A stretch of 63,999 nucleotides of DNA, filler included, from Reticulomyxa filosa (GCA_000512085.1; 16 parts of 16 records of this genome joined end to end with filler, not necessarily neighbours in it); one strand, 5' to 3'; numbered from the whole stretch's first letter, positions 36,549 through 48,639 are shown. Numbers and translations: made by a program. The notes: generated from the letters alone by a model not told the origin.

Positions 36549-37912
36549 ATGCAGGAATTAGTCGATTTTCTGAACGGCTGGATCTGGAGCAAAGGCCTGA
36601 TTTTTCTTTGCCTCGGCGTTGGCCTGTACTTCTCTATCCGTAGCCGTTTTGCGCAAGTACGCCATTTCGGCGAAATGATCCGCCTGATGTTTGACGGCAA
36701 GAGCGACAGCAGCGGCGTATCGTCGTTCCAGGCGCTGGCGATGACGCTGGCTGGCCGTGTGGGTACCGGCAACATCGCCGGCGTGGCCACCGCCATTACC
36801 TTCGGCGGCCCGGGCGCGATTTTCAGGATGTGGATGGTGGCCTTCCTGGGCGCCAGCTCGGCGTTTGTGGAATCCACCCTGGGTCAGATCTACAAGGAAA
36901 AGATCAACGGCGAATACCGCGGCGGCCCGGCGTTCTACATCGAAAAAGGCCTGGGCATGAAGCCTTTTGCCATCGTGTTCGCGGTGGCTACCATCTTCGC
37001 CTGCGGCGTGCTGCTGCCGGGTACCCAGTCCAACTCCATCGGTGCCGGTCTGGAAAAGCGCTGGGTATTGATCCTAACGTGACGGCCGCTATCCTGGCGC
37101 TGATGCTGGGCTTCATCATCTTTGGCGGCGTGAAGCGTATCGCCAAGTTTGCCGAAGTCGTGGTGCCGTTCATGGCACTGGCCTACATCATTGTGGCCTG
37201 CGTGATCGTGGCGCTGCACATCGACCAGCTGCCGCACGTACTGGGCCTGATCTTCAAGAGTGCCTTCGGTCTGGACGCCGGCTTTGGTGCCATTCTGGGT
37301 CTGGCCATCCAGTGGGGTGTGAAGCGCGGTGTGTACTCCAACGAAGCCGGCCAAGGTACCGGCCCGCACGCGTCCTCTGCCGCTGCCGTGTCGCACCCGG
37401 CCAAGCAAGGTCTGGTACAGGCATTCTCGGTGTACGTTGACACCCTGTTTGTGTGCTCGGCTACCGCCTTCATGCTGCTGATTACCGGCCAGTACAACGT
37501 ACAGGGCCCGGATGGCCAAGCCATGTTTACCGGTATTGCCGGTGTGGCAGCAGGCCCAGGCTATGTACAGACCGCGATGGAAAACATCATGCCGGGTTTT
37601 GGTAGCGTGTTCGTGGCGGTGGCGCTGTTCTTCTTTGCCTTTACCACCATCATTGCCTACTACTACATCGCCGAAACCAACATCGCCTACCTGAGCCGCA
37701 AGGTAAACCGTCCGTGGATGACCCTGGTGCTGAAGATCGCCATCATGGCCACTGTGGTATACGGCACCGTGAAGACCGCCGATCTGGCGTGGGGCCTGGG
37801 CGATATCGGTGTGGGCATGATGGCGTGGATGAACATCGCCGCCATCCTGCTGCTGCAAAAGCCGGCCTTTATCGCACTGCGCGACTACGAAGCACAAAAA
37901 GCACAAGGCCTG
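36549..37912 (+). CDS. Alanine/glycine:cation symporter (AGCS/AlsT family), one frameshift near 37055, 3' truncated
   Basis: GVSSFQALAMTLAGRVGTGNIAGVATAITFGGPGAIF, GGPAFYIEKGLG, GGVKRIA, GVKRGVYSNEAGQG, HPAKQGLVQ. Confidence 0.95.
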
Positions 37913-38012
37913 NNNNNNNNNNNNNNNNNNNNNNNNNNNNNNNNNNNNNNNNNNNNTTAATTAATTAANNNNNNNNNNNNNNNNNNNNNNNNNNNNNNNN
38001 NNNNNNNNNNNN

Positions 38013-38440
38013 CATATACAAAACACACGACCTGAATGTCCATTGAATGATTGAGTTTGTTTGTTATTATCAACATCCCATACACGAACTGTTTAATCAT
38101 GTGATCCAGAACAAATGAATTGACAATCATCAAATGTTGAATAATCAATACTCCACACAATACTTGTATGCCCAGTGAAGGTATTAATTAATTTAGATGA
38201 TGAACAGAACGTGTCAAACATGAAGACAATAGATGCATATGTTAAATAAATATTTGAATATTTGATTATTATTTAAAAAAAGGATAATGGACTAACATAA
38301 TTGACAACAAATTTGTCAAAGTCTTTGATCCATCCTGATTTAATGTTTAATTTTCTAATCCAATGATAAATAATTACTTGAATCTCTTCTTCTACAACGA
38401 TAAGTAATATAAATATAAAAACTGAAAGGCAACTTGGACT
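38013..38440 (-). CDS. 5' part of a lineage-expanded WD40-repeat gene (frameshifted or truncated)
   Basis: EEEIQVIIYHWIRKLNIKSGWIKDFDKFVVNY | MFDTFCSSSKLINTFTGHTSIVWSIDYSTFDDCQFICSGS..VRVWDVDNNKQTQSFNGH. Confidence 0.75.
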
Positions 38441-39020
38441 TAACTTTCATTGATAAGTTTAAGTTCATTTTTGTAACTTTTTTTAGTTTTCTCTTGAGAT
38501 AATCATTCATGATACAAGATGAAAAAAACGCTTGAACTTTTGTTTATAAAAGGAAAAGCTGAACTAAGATGTAGATAAGAAATATTTTGAAAAGAAATAT
38601 AAATGTACATTTTGTAATGTATTTGGACATTGCAATAATCAGTAACCGCAATTCTACAATTCAAAAATCTTCAAATTAAAAAATATTGATCATAGAATGA
38701 TAATATAATTTTACTTGTTATGTGAATTTTTTATTTGATCTGTGCAAGCAGAGCAATCAATTGTTCAAAAACAGAATACATTGTATTTTGAATGAAATAA
38801 CTTTGTAAATTCAATCCAAAGGAAAAGCTACTTATGTAATTTTATTTGAATATTTCAAGAAATAATTATGAAAATTTTTAATTAAATTAATTCAACTTTT
38901 TAATCTTAATTTAAATTTTATTTCAAAAACCAAGTTTTTGCTTGAATAATTTAGTAGAATGCGTTTCGTAATTTTTTCAAAAGGGTCATGTTAAATCTTC
39001 TTTCTTAAAACTATTAACAA

Positions 39021-39420
39021 CATGGGTAATCGAAACAACTCTTTCAAAGTTTGAAGGAGTTACGAACTTTACTTCATCAATCTCAATGTATACTACACAA
39101 ACATGAACTCCTTATTTGTGGGGAGTGGTAGAAGCGAAAGAGCTTGTTGTTCTTGTCACACACTCAAAAACGAATACAAGTTTATCTGTGAGTATCCAAG
39201 TAAAGTTAAATTATTTGGGCACTGTGTAGTAAAACGTCAGACAAAAACAAAGACAGTAATGAAATTATATCCAATTGTCATTGAAAAATATGGAAATAAG
39301 AATTATAATGGAGTACGTGCAGTGATTAGTGGAAGCAACAATCATTTGTTATTTATCACTTATCACGAAAAGGATATTAGTGTGTTTGATTTAAATACAT
39401 TTCAATTTATTAAACACGCA
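39021..39420 (+). pseudogene. Kelch-family pseudogene with internal deletion, interrupted at about 39420 by unrelated sequence
   Basis: MGNRNN..HTLKNEYKFICEYPSKVKLFGHCVVK..GVRAVISGSNNHLLFITYH..ISVFDLNTFQFIKH. Matches 52735-53310. Confidence 0.75.
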
Positions 39421-40056
39421 CCAATATGCACTCCTTGCCCTCTTTGTTGGGACACGAAACATTTAGCAAATTATTGCCACCACAAAATCGATTGGAAAAT
39501 ATTCAACCCAAAACCAAACATAAGCATAAGAAATCTGATGACGCTGTATCGTCTTCCGCCTCCAACATATATGCCGCTTTAATATCTCCTCATTTGGTCG
39601 TTTTGGAATTAAATTATGATGCTTCAAAATTGAGGGTTTACAAAAATATTCCTGACGCTGTTCGAACTGTGAAAGATAATATTGAACCCAAATGCGATAC
39701 TGTCTCACTTCGATGGGGACAGTTTGATCATTCCATGGGCACCACCAAAATGACCCGTGCATTGCATCGTCGTGATACCAGTAAAGCATTGGGTGGTTTG
39801 ATGCAACAGACTTGTCTGGATCTAAACACAATCCTCCACCTGCTATTAGTGAAGGTAAAGAAGATGATTATGAAGTACCTGTTACCACTCATCAAGCCAT
39901 TCTAAATCACAAGTGGCTTTACCTAATACTATTTAATATTTTTTTGTTTGTTTGTTNNNNNNNNNNNNNNNNNNNNNNNNNNNNNNNNNNNNNNNNNNNN
40001 TTAATTAATTAANNNNNNNNNNNNNNNNNNNNNNNNNNNNNNNNNNNNNNNNNNNN

Positions 40057-41051
40057 TTATTGTTATTATTATTGTTATTGTTATTGCCATTGTTATTATA
40101 TTCATGTTCATTGCTATGTTCAGTCTGAGCGCGTTTGGGCAGCTTTGCACCGGGCAATTGCAAACTACTGATTTGATGCAAAGACGCTTTGTCACCGCCT
40201 GCCTGTGACGGACTGGTGAACACGGTACCGACATGGGAAAACCCAAAGGTCAAAGGGGTCAGCTTTGTGTCAGTGCGAGTGTTTGTATTTGTATTCGTAT
40301 TCGTGTTCGTGTTCGTATTGGTCCCCGTGCGGGTCACGCCTGCAAATTGCCGATAGTATACCGGGTCAGGCGTTTTGCTTCGGTTGTGACCATAGTTGCT
40401 CAGCGTCCTTTGTGGCTTTAACTTCAACGTCTCTTGCGTACCATTTCGACTACGTTGCTGCTGCTCTGAAGACTCTGGTGATTGCATGTGCTCCATTGAC
40501 GTCGGAAACGGGGCAATGCCTTGCGCCTCCTCCATTGGCAAAGGGTCTGCAAATGCTACTCGTTTTTTCTTTTTCGTTTCCTCTTTTGTTTGGCTATTTC
40601 TAGAATTTTCTTGCTTCATTTTCGCTTGATTTTTCTTTTCTTTTGTTTTCTTTTTTTGCTTTTGCTCTTGTCCATGTTATTGTCATTGTCTTTGTTCTTG
40701 TTCTTGTTCTTGTTCTTGTTCTTGCTCTTGCTTTTGCTCTTGCTCTTGCTCTTGCGTCGAACGCTTGTTTCGTTTGGTTTGAGCTCGGTAGTTTGCTGTG
40801 ACAAGTCTTGGATTGGCCGAGACAGGTCTTCGGCGGCCGTAGGTTGTACGTGATGACTACTGTTGCGCTTGCTTTTGCTTTTCGTCACGGAACGCGCGTC
40901 GTCATTCAGAGAATACATTTGCAACAGGTCGTTACTCAATCTGCCGCCATGCAGTGAAAACTTTGGTACTGGTGGTGGATTTCCTAGTCGATTCTCTTTC
41001 TTTCTCTCTTTCGAGTTGTTTTTTTGCTTTTCATCTTTGTCTTCAACTTCA

Positions 41052-41086
<35 letters not shown>

Positions 41087-41176
41087 GTTATTATTATCAT
41101 TGACATTATTGTTATGATTATCGTTGCTATCATCGTCGTCGTCGTCATCATCATCGTCATCATCATCGTCATCATC
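40057..41176 (-). CDS. Internal fragment of a low-complexity (D/N/K/S-rich) protein
   Basis: Trinucleotide-repeat-rich open frames (40616-40939, 40005-40619) joined by a probable homopolymer frameshift. Confidence 0.55.
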
Positions 41177-41719
41177 NNNNNNNNNNNNNNNNNNNNNNNN
41201 NNNNNNNNNNNNNNNNNNNNTTAATTAATTAANNNNNNNNNNNNNNNNNNNNNNNNNNNNNNNNNNNNNNNNNNNNTTTTAAAATAATAAAACAAAATTA
41301 TAATTAATAATTATAAAATTATCTGGATCTTGATGAAATACAGCGATAAATAAAAAAATCATAAAATAAATTGCGAAGTATGTGAAATAATATTGTGGTG
41401 CATGTCAATACCGATCATCAGGAAAAGTCTGTTTCAGAAACATGAGTTACGAAAGATTAATATGTTTACTAATTCATTGAGGATGTATTGACACGACAAT
41501 ATTATCACAATATAACGCACATAATCATAAAATAAAAACATCAACTAAGATCCACAAATGATGTCAGATTTGACAACAATGAGGCCTTTATTTTTTCATT
41601 TTTAAGAAAGTAAAAAATTGATTGCATATTATTAGATTATTTACTTTTATTATTTTAATTGAAAATAAAAAGATTGAATTAATTTACTAAAATCAAACTG
41701 TATCAACAAAAAAAAGAAA

Positions 41720-42190
41720 TGTTTTAGTTTGAACTAAAAGAGTTTTCTTGCCAAGCAGCTTCCAAGGACTCCAAAGTCTTTGACACTTGCAACTGGTTAT
41801 TTGATAGATTTGTGGATGGATATTGTAACTGTTTCCTGTGACAGTTTTGAGTAATGATGCTAATCATTTGTGGTCAATGTGTTGCATGCACGCTTGTAGA
41901 CCACAATTTGATGCAGTATTTGCATCGTTAGAGTCGAATGCCACGCAATCCAGCAAGAAAGAGATTTCACAAATGTGATTGCAATGAAGATGCCAAAAGT
42001 GTGACACGCTTATCTATGACTAGCATGGAGTGTGTTAATAGATATTGATGCGCTGATTTGAAATAGAAGATGTGCAAGCAAGCACTTTGCTGTGTTATTG
42101 CCGACACAATCTCCACCGAGTGGCCAAGGTAAAACTGAAGAAAATAGAGGCTATCGTAAGCGCGATTCTACGATTACCCAAGTTTAGTTT
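41720..42190 (-). mobile_element. Degenerate non-LTR (LINE-like) reverse transcriptase remnant
   Basis: Ordered minus-strand fragments GNRRIALTI, EIVSAITQQSA/LAHLLFQI (cf. SGVPQGS.L.P.LF.I), LLDCVAF..LQACMQHIDH (cf. ADD..LQ..L), PVASVKDFGVL (cf. VKDLGV). Confidence 0.45.
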
Positions 42191-42669
42191 ACATGTTCAA
42201 TTTCTTTACAATTTTTATTGTATGTATTTTCATCGCATCAATCTCAAATTCCGCATTCTTCTCTTCAGACACATGTTGATTGTTACGTTTGCGCAGAACG
42301 TACACAAATACTTGCTATTTTCATTTTTAAACATCGTGAGTCATTTTTTTTTGAACTTAAAATAACCACTTTTATTAAACTAAACAAAAAACTGGATTTT
42401 TTCAATTAAATATTGATCAGATAGGGCAGTTATTGTGTTATTATATGTTTTGTTACCATAATATTAGCCGTAAGACACAGTATTGATTTTTTAAAAATTT
42501 CCTTTCACAAGAAGTCAGTCTGCATTTATAGGAAAATTGGAATTTTTTAATACACTATTGTGTGAAGTTCGAAAAAGACTCTTTTTGTTGGTAATATGTA
42601 ACTTAAGTGTAAACTAGTAGGAAGAAACAATTCCAAAAACAGTTAACAAAAATGGTAAACAGTGTCATT

Positions 42670-43907
42670 TCATTGTTTTGCCAAGTTTTCGGCAATGTCC
42701 AATGTTTTTATGAAGTGATTTTCTGAAATTTCCAAGACTTTGGCTGCTTCGATATGTAGCTATACATATAAAAAATAACTGTCGTTCATTTTTTAAGTAT
42801 ATATGGATAACAAAACTAAACTTTTTGTTTTCTTAAAATATCAATCAGCTTAAGCTGTTTTTTGAGAACGATCATAAGTTCATTTTTTTGTTTTGTCAAT
42901 TTTTGATTACTATCCTTTAATTGTTGTAACTCGTTGTCAAATTTATTGATATTGCTAGTGCTTACATTTTTATTGTTTTTGCATTGCATGAACAATGTTC
43001 TGTATTTTTCACTTTCTTGCAATGCTCTTGCTAATCTGACGTCAATATTTCCCGAATTTTGTTTTTTACTATCTAATTGTCTTTTTAATTCTTTATTTTC
43101 CTCTTTCAAAGTATTCAATTCAATTTTAAGATTTTCAACATTTGTTTTATTTTTTTCAGTGATCTGTTGTTTTCTACCTATTTCCTTGTCAGCACTTTCT
43201 AATTGTTTTTTCAATTGGTTATTTTCAATTTGAAGTGTTTTAAGTTGCTTGTTACATTCATTGAGAGATTTTTCTTTTTCATTTAAACCTTGAAGAGTTG
43301 CTTCATAAGTCTGCAACAATTCATTGAATTTTATTTTTTGTAAATTTAAACTAGTTTTTATTTTTTCGACTTCAGTATTGGCACTATCAAATTGTGGCTC
43401 TTCCTCATGAAAGTTTGTATGTTCTGTCTTTTTAGGAGGGGTAGTTCGTGGAGTTTCGTCAACGCAATTCATAACCTCATTTTTTTTTTCAAGATTGCTG
43501 TCTTCTTTTGTGTTATTTTGTGCCTTATTTTTCAGTGTTATAGGCTCGTTCATCTGTTCTTCACATTCCTTAAATTTTTTTAAGTTTTCACTGAAACAAT
43601 TCCGTAAGTTACTTTCATGAATTTTCTGATTAAATTTTATTTGTTTTATTATTTGGATTGCATTTTTAATTTCTAGAAGTAAGACAAAGACAATTGTTTA
43701 ATGTCTGTGCACCAAAAGATTTTCTGCTTTTTTCACAATTTCTTCTCTTTTTTCTTCTAATTGTTTGTCCAATTGCCTAGATTTTCAGACAAAGACACAC
43801 GCAACAATAACAATGCTGCAGAAGTAAAAATTTCATATGATTTCTTACATAAGTACATTTTCTCGTTCCTCTAGGGTCAACTCAGTGTTGGACTCTTCCT
43901 TTGACAT
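42670..43907 (-). CDS. TEX9: TEX9-like coiled-coil (centriolar/ciliary) protein, multi-exon
   Basis: DVRLARALQESEKYR..KQKNELMIVLKKQLKLIDILRKQK|LHIEAAKVLEISENHFIKTLD matches the TEX9 C-terminus. Confidence 0.8.
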
Positions 43908-44676
43908 TATATATGTTATGTAAAGAAATGAAATGCTAAAAAGGTGTTAGCGATGCTGACGTGGCATAATAACATATGATGAGACTTTTGTGCAAGCTCA
44001 CAGGACACACACTGAAAACTGATTGTAAATGTCTTTTCAAATGCCATAGTGCGTCAATTTAATTAAGATAACATTTAAATTTTTGTAGTTTAAATAGGAT
44101 TCAATTTCCAACAGAAACGACGTAGCAGCCTCGAGGTAGCTTATATGTTGAACAACTTTGAACAATCATAAAAAAGTTCCGAATTAAGGTAATAATTTCC
44201 AAAACTGCTTTGATTTTTTTTTTTGATCAAAGTGTTAAAAGTCAACTCTGTTGGCACGACATTTGGAACCCGAAAAAAGCGTTGATCAAACGTTTTAATT
44301 TTTTTTTCCTTTTTTTTTTTGTTTCGTTATCGTTTTGTCACCCTTTTGTTTTGAAGCTTTGTCGAACAAAGAAGCCAGAAAGCAACCAAATTAAAAAAGT
44401 TAGTTTCTGTACTAATAAACATAGAAAGACAGACACTAGGGTTTGCAAAGCTTTGTTGATTATCTATACACATAAACAAAACTTATCTATCCAACCCATT
44501 TCAAAGACATTTAAACTTAATTTGTTTGTTATGTATGTTTGATTGTTCAATTATGTGTGTATGGGGGGGAATGGTTATTTAAATTTTAAATGATATCCTC
44601 GATTCTCTTCTCTCCTCTCCCTCTGTCGTTCTTATCACACTTCCTGTCGACTACATTGCACGAATGATGATAAGAC

Positions 44677-45281
44677 ATGGATCCAATGAAGTCAACAAAA
44701 AGAGGGGGAGCATCACTACGTGGGAAAAAAGTTAACTTTTTTTTTCTTTTTTTGCACTTTTCATTTTTATTTTTTTTTTGGTTCCCTCCCCTTTTTCTAT
44801 CTTTCACTTTTCTTTTCCTTTGCCCGCTTAAAAAAAAAAAAAAAAAAATTGAAAGAAAAGAGGGCAGGCCGGATTTGCGAGGGATCCTCTATCCCTTGCT
44901 CTTTTCAATAGGAGAAAAAAAGGAGTTGTGGTAGTAGGACGGAGATAAGGAGAGGAAAAAAACAAAAAAATAGAAATGTGTTTGAAATAGAATTGGCAAA
45001 GAGGACGTGGATTTTCGCGCAATTTGGGGAACACAGGAGGCAATAATCCCAACCTAATAAGTGGGAATCCAAACATGACGGGCAATGGTGGCATTGGAAA
45101 CAATAACACAGGCAACAACCCCGGCAATCGAAGTCGAGGTGTGAATTACGGTGCGAATGCAAACAGCAATGTCGGTGGAATGGGGAATAACAACACAGCT
45201 ACTCATCCGAGCATTTTAAAAAATGCTGGCAATGCCAATAGTGGAGGTGCCACCAATAGCAATAGTAATAACAACAATGCC

Positions 45282-45316
<35 letters not shown>

Positions 45317-46726
45317 TAGCGGCAATAACACAAATATAAATGGTCCAAATAATGGCCTCGGCAATAACACAGGGAACAGCGGTGCTGGCAATAACAACCC
45401 GAATAGTCATATGAATAGCATCACTTCGAATATCAATGGCATGAGCGACACTCTATCCAACAACTTGGACAACGGCCCAAATAATAATTTCATCGACAAT
45501 GGTTCTGCCAACAATTCCAATACCAATGATGATATCCGTCGTTCCAATCCCACTCTCAACTCATTTCGAGGTGTGTTCCCCCTTTTTTTTTTTTTTTTTC
45601 CCATGTATTTTAATTTAACAATAAATGAGTGGATTGAAATGGTACAAAACAAAAGGACGAGGATATGGCAGAAATCGAGGGAATCTAATGAATGGCCCCG
45701 GGAACAATGGACCCTCAGGCATGAGAGGCAATGCACCCGGAAGACAACCACAAGTGCAGTGTGTACACTTTATTTTGTTTCAGTTTGGTTGGTTGTTTTT
45801 TTTACAAAAGATACCAAACAAGCACTTCATATCCCAATTCCACTCATTTTTTTGTATACACATATATGCATATACATGTACATATACATATACATATATA
45901 CATATTTTTTTTTGGTCTAGGGAGGAAGAGGTGGGATGATGGGTGGGCCATATCAAACCCCATCCAATCAACAGAGAGGGCCGACCGTCCAAAGCAATAT
46001 TGTTTCGCCTCTACAACAAGTTCTTTTTATTAAAACAAAGCAATTGAAATACATAAAAAGTGAAACTTTTTGTGTTTGAAATGATGATGATAATGATGAT
46101 GATGATGATGATGAAAGGCAAACATGCCTGGACAAATGACGTTCCCTCAAATGATACAACTTCAACGGCCTCAATGGGTTGCAAATGTTACCAATCCAAA
46201 TGCAAATGCTAATGTAAGTGTAAACATCAACGCGAACTCGACTTCCAACAATCCCAATTTGCAAGCGCAACAAGTCATTGATCCAAACATCAACAACAAC
46301 AACAACAACAACAACAATAACAACAATAGCAATAGCAACAGTGCCATTGTCATTAACAGCGTCAACTCTATTAATAACAATAACAATAATCTGAATGCAA
46401 ATATAAATAACAATAACAACAGCAATAGTCTCATGCAAGGACAAGCGCAAGTGACGCTAATCGATGGACAAACGCAAGGTCAATCTCAAACCCCGATGCA
46501 AGCGCAATCGCTTGGACTGAGCAACTTGTCATCCTCTGGGGAAATGAGTAGCACCTCTTCTCCAGGAGGAATGCTATCGCAAACCCAAATACCCATTTCT
46601 GGATTGGTACGACAGTCCACTCCACAGCCACAAACTGTCCAGCTCCCTCTCAATAACTCCGTCAACCCGTCTGCCACTGTTGTCATGACCGACGCTTCCT
46701 TACAAACCCAACCAACCAATCTCCAG
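44677..46726 (+). CDS. N/G/Q-rich intrinsically disordered (prion-like) protein, multi-exon, 3' truncated
   Basis: Exons encode RGG/GRG patches and long poly-N tracts (45024-45570, 46124-46726), separated by T-rich or (AT)n introns. Confidence 0.6.
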
Positions 46727-46746
46727 GTTGTTTTTCATTAATTAAT

Positions 46747-46807
46747 ATGTATATGTATATGTATATGTGTATGTGTATGTATATGTATATGTGTATGTAT
46801 ATGTGTT
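46747..46807. repeat. (ATGTAT/GTGTAT)n intronic microsatellite
   Basis: Directly visible, at the contig end. Confidence 0.9.
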
Positions 46808-46907
46808 NNNNNNNNNNNNNNNNNNNNNNNNNNNNNNNNNNNNNNNNNNNNTTAATTAATTAANNNNNNNNNNNNNNNNNNNNNNNNNNNNNNNNNNNNN
46901 NNNNNNN

Positions 46908-48293
46908 ATCCCAGGTAGCGCACCCATTCCAGGTTTGGCACCCATTCCAGGTCTGGCACCAATTCCAGGCCTTGCGCCCATTCCAGGAGCGCCTTTGCCT
47001 CGTGGAGCTCCTTTACCAGGTGGAGCACCTTTACCAGGTGGAGCTCCTTTACCAGGCGGAGCTCCTTTACCAGGCGGAGCCCCTTTACCAGGTGGAGCCC
47101 CTTTACCAGGTGGAGCCCCTTTGCCTCGTGGAGCACCCTTACCAGGTGGAGCCCCTTTACCAGGTGGAGCCCCTTTACCAGGTGGAGCGCCTTTGCCTCG
47201 TGGAGCACCTTTACCAGGTGGAGCTCCTTTACCAGGCGGAGCCCCTTTACCAGGCGGAGCACCTTTACCAGGCGGAGCCCCTTTGCCTGGTGGAGCACCA
47301 ATTCCAGGACTAGCACCTCCTCCACTGCTCGGAGCCCCGTTGCCAGGCTTGCCTTCGCTGGCTCCAATTCCAAACTTGCCTTCGTTACCACTGATGGGAG
47401 GTCCACCACTTCCTGGATCCGTGCCCTTGCCTTCTTTGCCAGGCTTTCCTCCACTTCCTGGTTCCGTGCCCTTGCCTTCTTTGCCAGGCTTTCCTCCGCT
47501 GCCTGGATCCGTACCCTTGCCTTCTTTGCCAGGCTTCCCTCCGCTGCCTGGATTGCCGAGTCTGCCTGGACTACCAAGTCTTCCTGGATTACCAAATCTG
47601 CCTGGATTACCTACGCTCGGTGGCGGATTGCCCACTCTTGGCGCCAAAGGTGCGTCAGCGGCGGCAAAGGAAAAGAAGAAACGCTGGAATCCGAAAAAGG
47701 AAATGAAAGCGCTACACTGGACTCCGATCAAAGAGCGCGACTTGGCCAAGGCAAAGGACAACATTTGGAGCAAGATCGACGACCATGGACTCGATTTGGA
47801 CACAGACTTGTTGGAAAAACATGTTTTACAAGCCTGCAAAAGAAAAGAAGAAGAAAGGAGGTGGCAAAGGAGGAGCAAAGGGAAACAAACCAGTGACCAT
47901 TACGTTCATTGAAAATGATCGACGATCTCAAAACATGAACATTGGCTTGAGTGGAATCAAGGAAAACTACGAAATGGTTCGCAATTGGATGCTCGAGATG
48001 AACGAAGAAAAGCTGCCCATTGGCACTTTGAAGAAATTCATTCCTTTGGTGCCCAACGCAGAGGAACAAAAACAGACAACCGATGCAATCGAAAAATACA
48101 ACTTGAATACGGAAAAAGACAAGGTTGCCCTTTTGGGAATAGCCGAAAAGTTTTGGTACTACATGGTCAGCATCCCGAAAGTGGACGAACGATTGAACAT
48201 TTGGGCTTTCAAAATGGAGTTTGACGAAATTTACGAATTGCAAGACAAGCGTGTCAATTTGCTGGTGGACGCCCACGAACAGCTCAAAGGCAG
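46908..48293 (+). CDS. Formin (FH1-like repeat region + FH2 N-terminal half), truncated both ends; frameshift in the A-run at 47815-47819
   Basis: KKEMKALHWTPI..NIWSKID..LLE/NMFY..ITFIENDRRSQNMNIGL..VPNAEE..AEKFWYYMVSIPKVDERLNIWAFKMEF are FH2 lasso, knob and coiled-coil motifs. Confidence 0.92.
46986..47307 (+). repeat. 18-bp coding tandem repeat x about 18 encoding [G/R]GAPLP, followed by three 45-bp units encoding PPLPGSVPLPSLPGF (about 47403-47540)
   Basis: GGNGGAGCNCCTTTACCA units with synonymous variation. Confidence 0.92.
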
Positions 48294-48639
48294 NNNNNNN
48301 NNNNNNNNNNNNNNNNNNNNNNNNNNNNNNNNNNNNNTTAATTAATTAANNNNNNNNNNNNNNNNNNNNNNNNNNNNNNNNNNNNNNNNNNNNACAAAAT
48401 TATTATCAAATACAGTAGATGAAATTAATTTTAATGAGGACAATCAAAATATTTGTTAACTATGCTGCTTTTAAATATGGTTTTGGTTTTGTTTATTTCA
48501 TAGTCATTCAATTTTTTTAATTATTTTCAAGATATATAAAAACAAATAACTGAATGTTTATAACTCAACAATTAATAAATGTTAATAACAAAAATGGCAA
48601 AAATTTCAAAAAATGAAATTCTGTCGAAAAGAGTATTCA

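Larger units (their letters stand above)
35772..37912. other. Bacterial contig (about 60% GC by eye, probably Betaproteobacteria): contaminant, prey or associated bacterium
   Basis: Sharp GC change, no introns, Shine-Dalgarno AAGGAG at 36538-36543, intrinsic terminator, and GC3-rich codons. Confidence 0.95.

Noticed and set aside
35772-37912. Horizontal gene transfer of dnaJ/AGCS into the host
   Set aside because: No host flanks, introns or codon amelioration. The whole contig is bacterial.
47815-47819. Programmed frameshifting in formin, Kelch, ART-like, fimbrin-like, dnaJ and AGCS genes
   Set aside because: The shifts fall mostly in homopolymer runs and also affect the bacterial contig, which points to pyrosequencing-type errors.
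46852-47878. Minus-strand GKGAPP 'collagen-like' and LHLVKG ORFs
   Set aside because: These are antisense shadows of the formin repeat and lack Gly-X-Y periodicity.
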